From the NCBI RefSeq assembly GCF_018977255.1, contig NW_024704761.1, positions 3,286,001 to 3,350,000 of the forward strand: DNA of 64,000 bases, read 5' to 3'. Each line of letters opens with the position of its first letter. The stretch's first letter is position 1. Both the position numbers and the translations under genes were made by a program. The notes under the pieces are model-generated. The model saw only the letters and a program-made list of their open reading frames with translations. It searched no databases and was not told the DNA's origin. Source of the stretch: Callorhinchus milii. Its lineage: Eukaryota. Shown piece by piece: positions 39,001 through 56,367 of the stretch.

Positions 39001-42000
39001 TGGAGCTGGCTCTCAGCCAACATTAGGAACCAGGGAATCTCCAGATAATAATAATCCTTGCATTTGATATAGCGCCTCATCACGTCTTCTAGATGTCTCA
39101 AAGTGCTTCACAGGATATACTGTAAAGTGGATTGACTGTGTATTTTGTGAGAGAAACGCGGCAGCCAATTGCGCACAGCAGTATCCCAGAGTCGTGGATT
39201 AAGGGACCAAATTTTGGGGGGGACGGATTATTGCCCCTGGAAAGCGATTCCGCCAATTGACTAATAACTGGGTTCCTACTTACTGCTGGGTAAAAACAGA
39301 GGTGTGTGGAATAAGGAAATGTTAAATACTCCTTCCTCACTAATGAACACAGAGCATCTCTCCATCTACGCTGTCTCTTTCAGCCTTCTCACTCACCCCT
39401 ACCCCCACCCCTCGTCCATGATAAGCCAATCAGCCCCTCGAGCCTGTTCCGCCATCTTATTAGCTCAAGGCTGATTGTATCTCAACTCCATTTACTCGCG
39501 TTCATCCCATATCCCTTGATACCCTGACCTAATAAAAATCTATCGATCGACCTCAGTCTTGAAAATCTCAATTGATCCAGCGTCCACAGCCTTTTAGGGG
39601 ATGGAGAGTTCTGGATTTCCACTGGCCTTTGTATGGAAAAAGTGTTTCCAGATTTCACTCCTGAATGGCCTTTGTCATTTTAAACACCTCAATTAGATAA
39701 CCCAACCTTCTAAACTCAAGGGAAGGTATGATAGGTATTATAAATAATATATTATTTGTAGGTATTACATATGTTGGATATTGTACATAATACGCTTTAC
39801 AGTACATCCTGTGAAGCATTTTGAAACATCTCAAAGACTTGATAAGGCGCTATATCAAATGCAAGGATTACTATTATTATGGCTGGGGGTGGGTGTGGGG
39901 ATAGTTTAAATTAAACAGTGGGAACTGATGACCCTCAGTGACTGATGTGGCGATGGTTTTGTTTTACAGGTTACAACAAACTCTCACTAACCTGGACTTG
40001 CATCAAACGTTCCCTGGGGGCTTGAAAAGACTTTTAATCAGGAAGCAAAGTGACGGGCTGCGGTTCCCGTGCCTCACTCCCGCTGTTTATGAGACGCAGC
40101 TGGTTCAGAGCCTCAGACTACCGAGTTCTCCACCTTCCTGGCTTTATTCCTCCCCCTCCCCCCACCCCCAGTGAAAATCTGCTCCATGTTTCATCTCTTA
40201 GCCCACAAAATATACATTAACCACGCCTCACAGTCAACTCTGTCAAATGCTTTGAGACGTCGTCCTGACGTGAAAACTGTACCCCTCCCCCCTGACTACC
40301 TCGCTCAACATTCCTGGCAATGCAACAACACTGACATTCCAGGATTGGTGAAAAGCCATGTGGGAGTGGAAGCCACTTACAGCTATTTAAGGCTGCCAAG
40401 AATTCCCTGAAATCACAGCCACTACACTTGACAGCAATTCCCAGTGACACACACGCTTGGAGGTATTTTGATGCACTGGAACAAACACAAGGATCGTCAT
40501 TACTAACATTAGGAATTCCTCATCGAACCTGAGTCACACTGAGTCTTTTTTTTCCCTCTCTTTCTCGCTCTCTCTCTCTCTCTCTCTGAGTCGTTACCTT
40601 GAAACTTGCAAGTTCTTCATCGCTGAACCCATGACTGTGGATGATCTTCATCTGTTTGACCAGAGTGCTCTTCCCACTCTCCGCTGCACCTGGAGAAAGG
40701 TCGAGAAGTTCTTTGAAGAGTTTACATACAAAGGACATCTCCTAGATTCTGCACTGGGCCAATGGCAACACTAGTGGTTGTGTGTTCAAGACTCGAGGAG
40801 TTAGTTAGTTCCCTCAGCAAAGGTGAGGCAACCTCACAGATAACGTTCCTCTGCAGTCACTTTATTTCACAGTAAATTCTGTGAAATGCTTTGAGATGTC
40901 CTTCTGACGTGATAAGGGGCTAATACCAAATGAAAAGATTGTTATTATTGGAGACGTTTTTGTGGGATCAGGCACCGTGTCTAACGCAAGGACGGTTATG
41001 GCTGGTGCCTTTTTTCTTCCCATTCATTTTCAGCTTCCCAGTCACCACGGAGCAGTTGTACAATGACGCCCTTGGATATTCCCGACATAGCACTAACGAC
41101 CACTTAGCATGGCAGTCAGAAAAGGGGCAGTGGGGGAGGAAGAGTTCAGTCGAAAATAGTGTACAATATAGCTTTAATTGGTTACAGTAGGACTCTCAAG
41201 CCTTCCATTAAAACTTGCCTTCAGAAGCAACAATCCTCCTCTCTTTTTTAAAAAAAAAACCTCAGCAAGTTTGTCAGATGAAACTTTTTCCTCTTGCACA
41301 AAAGGCTTCTTTTATTGGCTGGGCTGGGGCTGGCCAAACTGGCTCTGGTTTTATTCAATAAAGAGAGCAACTGAGATTTGATCAACGATGTGATGGTAGA
41401 TTGGGACATCACAATCTAACTCGAAATTGGAAAGTAATTGGCTTTTAAAGAGATGAGGTCGATTCTGGTGTGTGTTGTGTGTGTGGTTTTTGGGGGTTTG
41501 ATGACCAAACTCTATGAGGTCATGTCACAAATACACTCGCTTGTCACTAGAAGCTTTTGCTTGGTTCTTGTTCCTCCTAATTTAAAAGCCCCACATTTTT
41601 TTGGGGGGTGGGTCGGTGCTAACTTAACCTTAGCCCCCAAAGAACGACTCTGCTGTACCCCAATCTGGTGGGGGGTGAACCCCCACACACGTGTCTATTT
41701 ATTTACTATACTTACAATACACAAGTTATTCTCCGCTCGCCTGTGATCCCAGTTACACGCCCCATAAAAGCAACATACAAATCATCCGCAGCGGTGCAAC
41801 TTAGAACATTAATACATATATTTATATAAAGAAAACATAAGAATACCTTCAGAGCAGGCAGCATCAGGTCAGACTTAAGGTAACTGCATTTACAGGGGGG
41901 AGGATTTCTTTTTTTTAAAAAAGGGAGTAAATTAAATTCTCCTAAAAAATCAAAGCAAAAAAAAATCCCAACCCATAACATTAACATTAGTCCATTTACA

Positions 42001-42780
42001 GTAGAAACAAATATAAACCAGTGGGAAAGTTTAGGGGGTAGTTTTGAAGACAGTCCGGGTTTGGACTGTCAGGTCACACATTCCACCTTCCCTTTCCCTG
42101 GTTTAGCAGCCAGACTGTGTGTGTGTGAATGAGTGAGTGAGTGTATGTGTGAATGAGTGAGTGTATGTGTAAATGAGTGAGTGTATGTGTGAATGAGTGT
42201 GTGTGTGAGTGAGTGAGTGTATGTGTGAATGAGTGAATGTATATGTGAATGAGTGTGTGTCTGAATGAGTGAGTGAGTGAATGAGTGTGTGTGTGAATGA
42301 GTGAGTGAGTGTATGTGTGAATGAGTGTATGTGTGTGAAGGAGTGTGTGTGAATGAGTGAGTGAGTGAATGAATGTGTGTGAATGAACGAGTGAGTGTGT
42401 GAATGAGTGTGTGAATGAATGAGTGGGTGTGTGAATGAGTGTGTNNNNNNNNNNNNNNNNNNNNNNNNNNNNNNNNNNNNNNNNNNNNNNNNNNNNNNNN
42501 NNNNNNNNNNNNNNNNNNNNNNNNNNNNNNNNNNNNNNNNNNNNNNNNNNNNNNNNNNNNNNNNNNNNNNNNNNNNNNNNNNNNNNNNNNNNNNGTGTGT
42601 GTGTGTGAATGAGTGAGTGTGTGTGAGTGTGTGTGTGAGTTTCTACTTACCCAGAAGTAGGATTTTCACTACGTTGAACTCTTGTTTGGCGAACTCGTAT
42701 AACGCGCGGTCGATTTTCTCGCTGCGTATCCGCGCCTCGCGCTCCTCAGCGCTCGCATCCGACCCCAAGCAGAGCCCCAT
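27056..42780 (-). CDS. GNAV1: Heterotrimeric G protein alpha subunit, Gv class, 9 exons, 361 aa
   Basis: Exons 42780-42651, 40689-40598, 37203-37111, 36218-36058, 32845-32717, 29505-29376, 28981-28910, 27695-27608, 27246-27056; total 1086 nt, all GT-AG and in frame. Motifs [37 protein letters not shown] and C-terminus [10 protein letters not shown] match the Gv class. Confidence 0.92.
27255..27590. repeat. Low-complexity (AAC/AAT/AGT-rich) degenerate repeat in the last GNAV1 intron
   Basis: Runs such as agcaacaatagtaacaat. Confidence 0.6.
29570..30230. mobile_element. Cluster of SINE fragments, both Deu-type and shared tail, on both strands
   Basis: Recurrent cacaaaatacacagtc...gtgaagcgctttgag tail and Deu core. 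Confidence 0.6.
31890..32130. repeat. GA-rich polypurine low-complexity tract
   Basis: (GA)n and GAAA runs. Confidence 0.8.
32880..33245 (-). mobile_element. Deu-domain SINE
   Basis: Reverse complement contains gtgccatccttcggatgagacattaaaccgag...caggtggatgttaaagat plus the shared tail. Confidence 0.65.
34168..34487 (-). mobile_element. Young full-length tRNA(Ala-like)-derived SINE
   Basis: Head gggtcctgtagttcaatggttagagcactcgctttgcaagcg with a TGC anticodon-like loop and a (TTA)n tail; nearly identical to 36702-36990 and 56546-56846. Confidence 0.85.
35577..35995 (-). mobile_element. tRNA-headed Deu-type SINE, near full length
   Basis: Head ...ggtagcgctctc..gtcagaaggttgtgggttcgagcccc and tail ...aaatgcaaggattattatt. 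Confidence 0.7.
36702..36990 (-). mobile_element. Young tRNA-derived SINE, same subfamily as 34168-34487
   Basis: Near-identical body and tail, with a short deletion in the head. Confidence 0.85.
39046..39330 (-). mobile_element. SINE, 3' portion
   Basis: Shared tail aataataatccttgcatttgatatagcgcc on the + strand. Confidence 0.7.
39420..39720 (-). mobile_element. CR1-like LINE 3' fragment
   Basis: cagcccctcgagcctgttccgccat...cccatatcccttgataccc...tccacagcc...ggagagttc, typical of inverted CR1 3' regions. Confidence 0.6.
42115..42640. repeat. (TG/TGAG/TGAA)n microsatellite with assembly gap, GNAV1 intron 1
   Basis: Direct inspection. Confidence 0.9.
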
Positions 42781-43118
42781 ATCCGCAGACCATTGCTCCC
42801 CGAGGTGGGAGGGGGGGAGAGAGAGAGAGAGAGAGAGAGTCGTTGGGGGTAGGGATGGGGGTGAATGATGAGATGGAAGAAAACTTGTACAATCCGACCA
42901 GGTCGCCCTCACTCCCCGACCAGTGAGCGAACTCCTTTCCCCCAACTTAATGCTGTTAACATNNNNNNNNNNNNNNNNNNNNNNNNNNNNNNNNNNNNNN
43001 NNNNNNNNNNNNNNNNNNNNNNNNNNNNNNNNNNNNNNNNNNNNNNNNNNNNNNNNNNNNNNNNNNNNNNNNNNNNNNNNNNNNNNNNNNNNNNNNNNNN
43101 NNNNNNNNNNNNNNNNNN

Positions 43119-43590
43119 ACACAGTACTCTATCCTCACACACACACACACGTACACACACCCTTACACACACAGTACTCTATCCTCACACACACACACAC
43201 ACACACGTACACACCCCCTTACACACACATACAATACTCTACCCTCACACACACACACACACGTACACACCCCCTTACACACAGACACACACACAGTACT
43301 CTATCCTCACACACACACACGCGTACACACCCCCTTACACACACATACAATACTCTACCCTCACACACACACACACATACAATACTCTACCCTCACACAC
43401 ACACACAGTACTCTACCCTCACACACACACACACACACACAGTACTCTACCCTAATAAACACACACTCACATAACACTCTACTCTTGCACACACACACAC
43501 ACACACACAGAACCCTACCCTTATAAACACACACCCACACAGCACGCCACTCACATACATATACACACACACACACTCACACACACAGCT
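43119..43590. repeat. CA-rich minisatellite upstream of GNAV1 exon 1
   Basis: Units of agtactctaccctc(ac)n. Confidence 0.9.
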
Positions 43591-44484
43591 CCACCCCTGT
43601 AAACACCAACTCGCCCTAAACTTCTCTTAAAAAGAAAAACTCCAAAAACTTTGAAAGCGCCGTCTACTGCTGGTGGTGGTTACATTACACCCNNNNNNNN
43701 NNNNNNNNNNNNNNNNNNNNNNNNNNNNNNNNNNNNNNNNNNNNNNNNNNNNNNNNNNNNNNNNNNNNNNNNNNNNNNNNNNNNNNNNNNNNNNNNNNNN
43801 NNNNNNNNNNNNNNNNNNNNNNNNNNNNNNTGGCAACTTTCAGAGGAAATGACGTCGGATTGTTCAATGGACTTAACTCTTTTTTGCTGTGGGAATAACT
43901 GGAGTTTCAAAGTAAAAAAAAAAGGAGGTTATGGACCGTTTTGCAACTGTTTTGTTGCGTTTCCAACAGAATGCATTCGGTCACCACTTTGCAGCGATCA
44001 ATCACTGGGTTAACTGGATGGACACCTGTATTAAGCGTTATAATGACCAGGCACTGATTTCGACCCCCCACCCCCCCCCCCATCCCCCCACCTCCACTCT
44101 TCTCCCCCATTGATTAAATGTCCATGATGTCTCTCTGTCTTCCCTCTCCCACAACCCACCCACCAATGTCAAGGCGCGGACACTAAAGCGGCTAATTTCT
44201 ATCGGGATCAGGAATGCAGCATTTCTGCACCAGTACTTCTTTGTGTATTTTTTTCCACGCATAAATATGTGAAATATATATTTACAAAGGCGGCGTTATT
44301 ATAATTCGCAACAGCTCCCTGATCCTGGGCATATCTGCCCCGCACCCCCCCCCCTCCCGACTGCTGGTCACTGATGATGGGAGACTAGGGATGGGGGGGG
44401 GGGGGGAAAGGGGATAATTTGGTACGTTTGATCTTAAACCATCTGATGCCCACACTGTTGAACCATTAAATAAATAAGTAATAA

Positions 44485-44665
44485 ATTGGTCTCTCAATCC
44501 ACGACTGTTTGTGGGACACTGCTGCGGTCAATTAGTTGCCATGTTTTGCCCACAAAAATACACAATCATTCCATAGACAACATATTCTGTGAAGCGCTTT
44601 GAGACGTCTCAATGTTATGGCTCAACGTGATAAAGCGCTATATCAAATGCAAGGATTATTATTTT
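44485..44665 (+). mobile_element. SINE 3' portion
   Basis: Shared tail ending atatcaaatgcaaggattattatt. Confidence 0.7.
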
Positions 44666-47251
44666 CTCGTTTGTTTGCTGACCGGAGTATTTAAGATAAT
44701 GCTATTTGCCTTTGTATTGGAATAAAAGCCCGTGTTACATTAATCACTTGTGATACTAAGCGGCCAAAACATTTTTTACTGTAAAGGTATTTTTTAGATA
44801 ATTCTTTGGGAGTTTGAAGGTTCTAGAGCACTGAATAGTCCGTGATGTTTGTGTAAAATTACACTTTCACCCTTCACCTAATGCTGTACTTATTCCCTCG
44901 GAAATAAACAGAAAATACTGGAAATGCACAGCTGATCAAACACTTTCACCTCCGGGTCAGAAGGTTGTTGCTCCACAAAAGGACTTTGCAACCTGCTGGA
45001 ATGTGAACTCAGTCCCACAAACATAAAATGAAAACCAATTTTTTCTTAAAATCTCAGACTGTTGGTCCAGATGCCGGGATAAACGCCCTTCTCTTTTCCA
45101 AATTCTGCCATGGGATCTTTAACATCCATCTGACCACGCAAACAGAAACACTTCTTAACATCTCGCCCTGAAGGATGGCGCTTCTGACAATGCTGTGCAT
45201 TGAAGTGCAAGTCTAAGACAGGAAGGAAGCTCAAAGTCTCGAGATGGACCTTGAACACATACCCGAGGCAAACGCACAACCAACTGAGCCAGTGGAAAGA
45301 TGGTAAGTTATTTGATAAAATATTTTAAATATAGTTAATCCCATCGGCAAGATTGCACAAAATGGCAGACTCTCTCCGGGACTATTTTGACATGGGGCTG
45401 AGTGCACAAGGAAAATAACCTGACCTAACAGAATGTTCTCACTGAGAAGCAAACATCTGGTTCTGGTTTGCAGTAATTTATGGGTAAAGGCCGACTTAGA
45501 GGAACACTTCTCAGAACTTCAATGCCATACTTAACCCCACCCAAACCTGTGGTAACCCACAGGCCTTTAAGGCACAACCAAAAGCCATCAAGATAGATAG
45601 CCGAATGCAGCTGCACTGTGAAGCACTATCACTTCAGGGCAGTTAGCATAGGTCATTGCATCTTCACCTTGCACAATGAACCTTGCATTCTCTATATGTA
45701 CGTGGAATACACAATTATAAATTTAAAGTGTGAATATCATTATTTTGAAGTCATAAAATCATACATATCACACAAGATGCTTTTTTGTTTTAATTGTTTC
45801 ACCAGCATACATCGCACAACATACATTTACTTAACATTTGGACAGAAAGTTCAAAAGTTATTTATAGACCAGTTTAGGACATCCATTCATTAAAACGGCA
45901 CACAAACAGCAAAACGTTTTTTATGAGAATTACAATTTACAAACTGAACAGTTTAAAAGGAGGTCATGGTCGCTGTATCCATTTTTAAAAAGCAATGCTA
46001 CAGCCTATTGTACGCTAAAAGCTAACAGATAAAAACACACCATGCACGCACAGTGCTCTCCAGAACCAGCGAGGAAACAAATAATGGAAGTACAAGTCAT
46101 TTCTGAGGTGAAATCAGCAAAGGTCTGTCTCAGAGGCGTTAAAAAGATCGGTTTAATTGTCAAACAACGATAATCACTGCCACTGACATGATAATGAATC
46201 ACCACCAAGAACAATAAGGATGCACAATAAAAAGGTTTTAAGGAATTTTGAAATACAAAAAATTTGCCAAACCTATAATTTTCATTATACGATGCCCCTC
46301 AAAAGTCTTCAGAATTTGCTCCAAGTTTCTTTGCCGCCCTCCCTCCCAACCCCAGTGTAGTGGAAGAATAGGTTTAACATGCTACCCTGCATACATGCTG
46401 GCTTTTATTTTTTTTTAAACATTGATTCAGATTTCACTTGCAAACCGTTTGAGATCACATCAACTGTGCATAATGGTGACAGTAACTCGACACTGGGACC
46501 TTCAATATTGTACACTCCCAGAGAATAAATTCCGAACACACACTGCACCCAGGGATTGTAGTAAAAAAGAGTTTGAAATGAAATGCCTCAACTTTCCATT
46601 CAGCTACATTGTGGAGGAGAGAACAAAATGGAATTTGGCTCATAATTTTATGGGTCTAGAGAACAACAAGGGGTGAGTCAATTGCCTTCCAGACCAGGAT
46701 AAAATAAAATCATGTTTCACTATCTGAGGACCAGTTAAAGTCTAAAATTTAGAAAACACCAACAACGCTTGTATTTTAATTGTTGATCTTAAAAAAAATC
46801 TTTAAATAGAAATAAGCATGATATATATATTTATATTATATATATAAAATCCATTTTCTGCAAAAACATAAGATATTTGAATAGTCTACAGTGTTAGACT
46901 TTCTCCAAGTCAACAGAACAAGAATAAATAGAATTTATAACTAATTTAAATTACACATAGAACGGATTTGTTTTTACAGCGCGGGACTCTATAATCACAG
47001 TTATTTGGATATTTACAAGTAATTTGGTTTAGTACATGCAAAGTCTTTAGAATGCCCTTCAGTGCACATCATTTTAGCGGTTAGAACTATTAAAAAGTAT
47101 TCATATTTTGTCAAGTAAAATGCATTGTAAAGTTAAAATGCCAAAACACGGTAAACCTTAAAAACCGAGTGTTAAAGAAAGTGTTTGTAAAATGTAGTGT
47201 GTTGGTGTAAACAAACATCACAAGTGGATATTTCAGTTTTGTCAGAAAAGT

Positions 47252-51433
<4,182 letters not shown>

Positions 51434-54400
51434 CTTTAAGGAAAAAGGAAAACAGATTTACTTTGAACACTTCCATTAAATTAATGCGTTCTACAACATT
51501 GCCCTTTTTCTAATAGATTTGTTAAGTGTGTATATATAAAACACACATTAAATTGTTCATCTGGGCTAGACACTGTGCCCCGCCCAACACGAAGGCTGGC
51601 AAAACTGGTCTTTATCATGTAAGGAACAACAATTTAGATAAGTGTAGTTTGTTTGACTGGACACAGATAACGCCCTTATCAACAATCAGAACGTTTTGTA
51701 CTTACAGAAAATATCCTGGCTGCCAACTAAAATTGTAATTCAATTCTAGTCAAAAGTCAGCACTTAAAAAAAAATACTGTCAACACAAGGAGCACTTTCA
51801 CTTTACAAGCACCTGTATGGTACTTAAGCCGAGCACAAGTCCTTCTCCACAAAAATGCATGCAATAATACATCGATGTTAATAGGTGTTAGCCTCAGCTA
51901 AGTACCGTGCATTTCCACTTTCAGGAAACATTTGTTAAAGAATTTATAGCAAAATTAAAATGACCCACAGTTTTGAAAGTCCCAGGAAGAGAGGCTAGAG
52001 CCCCCCACCCATACCAGGACAGGCCAGAGACGGGCTCTGTGCACCCTCCTCCAGGAGGGCTGGTTGGAATACAGTGTTTAATAGCTATAAGCCTGTGCAG
52101 TTGCTTGCCTCCTTTTCTTCACAGCTTATACTTAAGTTATAACTCCGAATGTATCAGAGGGAGAATGCCCAAGTGTCCAAATGACACAAAGTTGTGTAAG
52201 AAAGAAGGACGTTCAGAAAGAGCTGCTAGTATTTAGCAACTGGTAAGTAGTGCACAATCCTGAAAAGAAGCAATATGTAATTAATGTTAATTAACAAGCG
52301 ATTAGAAACAAAGGGAATATTCATCGTGTGAAGTGCAGAGGGAAGAGATTTTGTGCCAGGAGACCACATGGTGTGCAGCAATGGTTTAGAACAAGTGAGG
52401 TGTTGATGTTTAAATATCTCGCATATTTTGGACTCAGACAAATGCTTTAGATGGTACAATACAGCAATGTGGAAGTATAAGGCAGATTTGTTGGACAAAT
52501 GCAGACTCAAAGTTGAGTTCTGTACGATTGGGAAATGCACACAAGCAATTCTGCTCATTGGGTCTCAAATATCGGAGATATATTAAATTAGAACAGAACT
52601 GCTGGATGGTGGAGCTCGCATCTGAATTCCATTATATTTCAACATTTGTCTTTCTCGTGTGAAAGCCTCATCTGATACGAGCAGAAAAGTGCCACCTGGA
52701 TGTGAATTTGGCAGGTTACATTGGACGCTCAAGGGTCTGTGTGCACAAAAATGCTTTGTTGCAATCTGACATATTAAGAGTGTTGAGTACATTGCTCGCT
52801 GCAGCCACATTTGCTTTAACCATTGCAAGCGGTGCCGCTCTTTAAATTGGTAAACTATGGAAGCAGCCAAGCTTATGGGGAAATAATATGAAACANNNNN
52901 NNNNNNNNNNNNNNNNNNNNNNNNNGACGCCTTGCTTACTTTTCCTCGCTCCACTAGCGGGGAGCGCATGTCCTCTAGTCTCTTCGACCAAATTATGGGG
53001 GGTGAGGGCAGAGAATAAACCAGAACCTTTGTAGAGATGAGAATCGCAAAGAGTTACGGCCGATAGCATCAGCTGAACGAGTGGAAAAGGGAGTTTCTCT
53101 CTGCCCCACCCGGCCATAAATTGTTCGCTCACTTCATGACATTTCTGTGCGCAAACTGTCTGTCGAGTTTCTCCCGCAGCGCACACAGTTATTTCGCTTG
53201 GCAGCGATTGCCTGTGAAGCACTTTAAGGCTGTAACTGTCCAGCGCCTTGGGACGTCCTCCCGACGTGAAAGGCGCTCTATAAATGAAATCTTGTTGTTG
53301 GTGTTACAGACACTGGGTTATTTATCACTTTGGATATTTACCCATTGACTTTGGTAAAGACACGAGGTTTGCCCTCCGTCTCCAACAGGGACACGAGGGG
53401 GGGAGGGCTGGCGCCTGACCTCTGCCGGTCCCTCGAGCCCAAACCACAAGCAAAGCCACATGACAGGAGCATCCACCACCAACAAAACCCCTCTTTCTCC
53501 TCCACCCCGACACCAGGAAAAATACAGCCATTGTCCCCCGGAGACCCAGTGTTGGCCTGAGGTGCCGAGCAATGCCAGCTCCTCAATTATCCCATGAACT
53601 AACCGTGGAAACGGCTTCAGGCCATGTGCAGGCCTTCAAGATGGGAGTATCCAACCAAACAGAGTTCCGTGCATTCCACCTACACAGGTTGTGGTTTGAC
53701 GCCACAAAACTTTGACAACAAAACAGGTGTAGAGATTGCAGCTCACAGGTTTCCATTATAACCTGTTATACTGTTACATTCAGGACAGCACAAGTTCTGA
53801 CACGCTCTATTCAACTGGGCGTAGCAGCTCTCATTTACCACACAACGCAACTCCCCAGAGATCCCGTCACTGGTGACATTCTAGGAAATGGAAGAAGGGA
53901 TCCTCCTCCCTCGCTGCGTCCTGGCCAACACTCCCCAGGTCCCTGGTTGAGTTAACCATCTAACAATCAGCCCAGACCAATGCTGAGTTCGCAAACCTGG
54001 AGCCCTCTAAAGCTTGGTTCAAGCCACACAATGTCGCCAACCAGGCCACTGGGGGGGGCACCCTACACACCCACAATCAGCCCCACCCAACAGGTTAAAG
54101 ACTCTTACCATATTATAGTTGAGCTCTGGCTTTCTAGTAAAGCAAGGAACGTTACAGGACAAGAGGCCATTCAGCCCCTTGTGTTTGTGCTCTATTCAAT
54201 AGCTCTGCACTTAGTCCCAATCTCCCACCTTCTCCCCCTCGGTCTCCCTCACCTCCCGCGCCCCACCTATTTAATAATAATCCTTGCATTGGATACAGCG
54301 CATTTCACGTTGGGAGGACGTCTCAAAGCGCATCGCTGTTTTTAGCCGCAAAGTGCTATCTTTTTGGATATTTCTGCTAATTCCCCTCTTAAAAGCTCAC

Positions 54401-56367
54401 GTGGATTGTGCTTCAACTAACTGCACTTCCAGCTCAGGCATTCCACATTCCAACACCCCTCGGTGTACAACAGCTCCCCTGACCTCACTCCCTTTGTTTC
54501 TTTGTTCAAATAAATAACTCGAAGATCACTGCTTAGTGGTTATGTTCAAGCTCGCTCGCTGTTACTGTGTTGGAAAGGGGAGGGGGTTGTGCGTGTGTGT
54601 ATATATGTTTTATACATTACATATATGTGCGTGGGTGTGTTTATAGTGTGTTTGTGTCTGCGTGTGTCTGTCTGTCCGCCTGCACATGCAAACAAGGAGC
54701 TGTCAATCATTCTTCAAAATCACAGGACCTGGAATGTAGTGGAACGAGTTGCTATGAAACTCAGACGATGATTCACCCTGGAGCTGGCTCTCAGCCAACA
54801 TTAGGAACCAGGGAATCTCCAGATAATAATAATCCTTGCATTTGATATAGCGCCTCATCACGTCTTCTAGATGTCTCAAAGTGCTTCACAGGATATACTG
54901 TAAAGTGGATTGACTGTGTATTTTGTGAGAGAAACGCGGCAGCCAATTGCGCACAGCAGTATCCCAGAGTCGTGGATTAAGGGACCAAATTTTGGGGGGG
55001 ACGGATTATTGCCCCTGGAAAGCGATTCCGCCAATTGACTAATAACTGGGTTCCTACTTACTGCTGGGTAAAAACAGAGGTGTGTGGAATAAGGAAATGT
55101 TAAATACTCCTTCCTCACTAATGAACACAGAGCATCTCTCCATCTACGCTGTCTCTTTCAGCCTTCTCACTCACCCCTACCCCCACCCCTCGTCCATGAT
55201 AAGCCAATCAGCCCCTCGAGCCTGTTCCGCCATCTTATTAGCTCAAGGCTGATTTGTATCTCAACTCCATTTACTCGCGTTCATCCCATATCCCTTGATA
55301 CCCTGACCTAATAAAAATCTATCGATCGACCTCAGTCTTGAAAATCTCAATTGATCCAGCGTCCACAGCCTTTTAGGGGATGGAGAGTTCTGGATTTCCA
55401 CTGGCCTTTGTATGGAAAAAGTGTTTCCAGATTTCACTCCTGAATGGCCTTTGTCATTTTAAACACCTCAATTAGATAACCCAACCTTCTAAACTCAAGG
55501 GAAGGTATGATAGGTATTATAAATAATATATTATTTGTAGGTATTACATATATTGGATATTGTACATAATACGCTTTACAGTACATCCTGTGAAGCATTT
55601 TGAAACATCTCAAAGACTTGATAAGGCGCTATATCAAATGCAAGGATTACTATTATTATGGCTGGGGGTGGGTGTGGGGATAGTTTAAATTAAACAGTGG
55701 GAACTGATGACCCTCAGTGACTGATGTGGCGATGGTTTTGTTTTACAGGTTACAACAAACTCTCACTCACCTGGACTTGCATCAAACGTTCCCTGGGGGC
55801 TTGAAAAGACTTTTAATCAGGAAGCAAGTGACGGGCTGTGGTTCCCGTGCCTCACTCCCGCTGTTTATGAGACGCAGCTGGTTCAGAGCCTCAGACTACC
55901 GAGTTCTCCACCTTCCTGGCTTTATTCCTCCCCCTCCCCCCACCCCCAGTGAAAATCTGCTCCATGTTTCATCTCTTAGCCCACAAAATATACATTAACC
56001 ACTCCTCACAGTCAACTCTGTCAAGTGCTTTGAGACGTCGTCCTGACGTGAAAACTGTACCCCTCCCCCCTGACTACCTCGCTCAACATTCCTGGCAATG
56101 CAACAACACTGACATTCCAGGATTGGTGAAAAGCCATGTGGGAGTGGAAGCCACTTACAGCTATTTAAGGCTGCCAAGAATTCCCTGAAATCACAGCCAC
56201 TACACTTGACAGCAATTCCCAGTGACACGCTTGGAGGTATTTTGATGCACTGGAACAAACACAAGGATCGTCATTACTAACATTAGGAATTCCTCATCGA
56301 ACCTGAGTCACACTGCGTCTTTTTTTCCTCTCTTTCTCGCGCTCTCTCTCTCTCTCTGAGTCGTTAC

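Noticed and set aside
43119-43590. Regularly spaced repeats resembling a CRISPR array
   Set aside because: Eukaryotic CA-rich minisatellite with no unique spacers or cas genes.
51434-52895. Expected upstream PCYT2 exons
   Set aside because: None could be identified before the gap, so none are reported.
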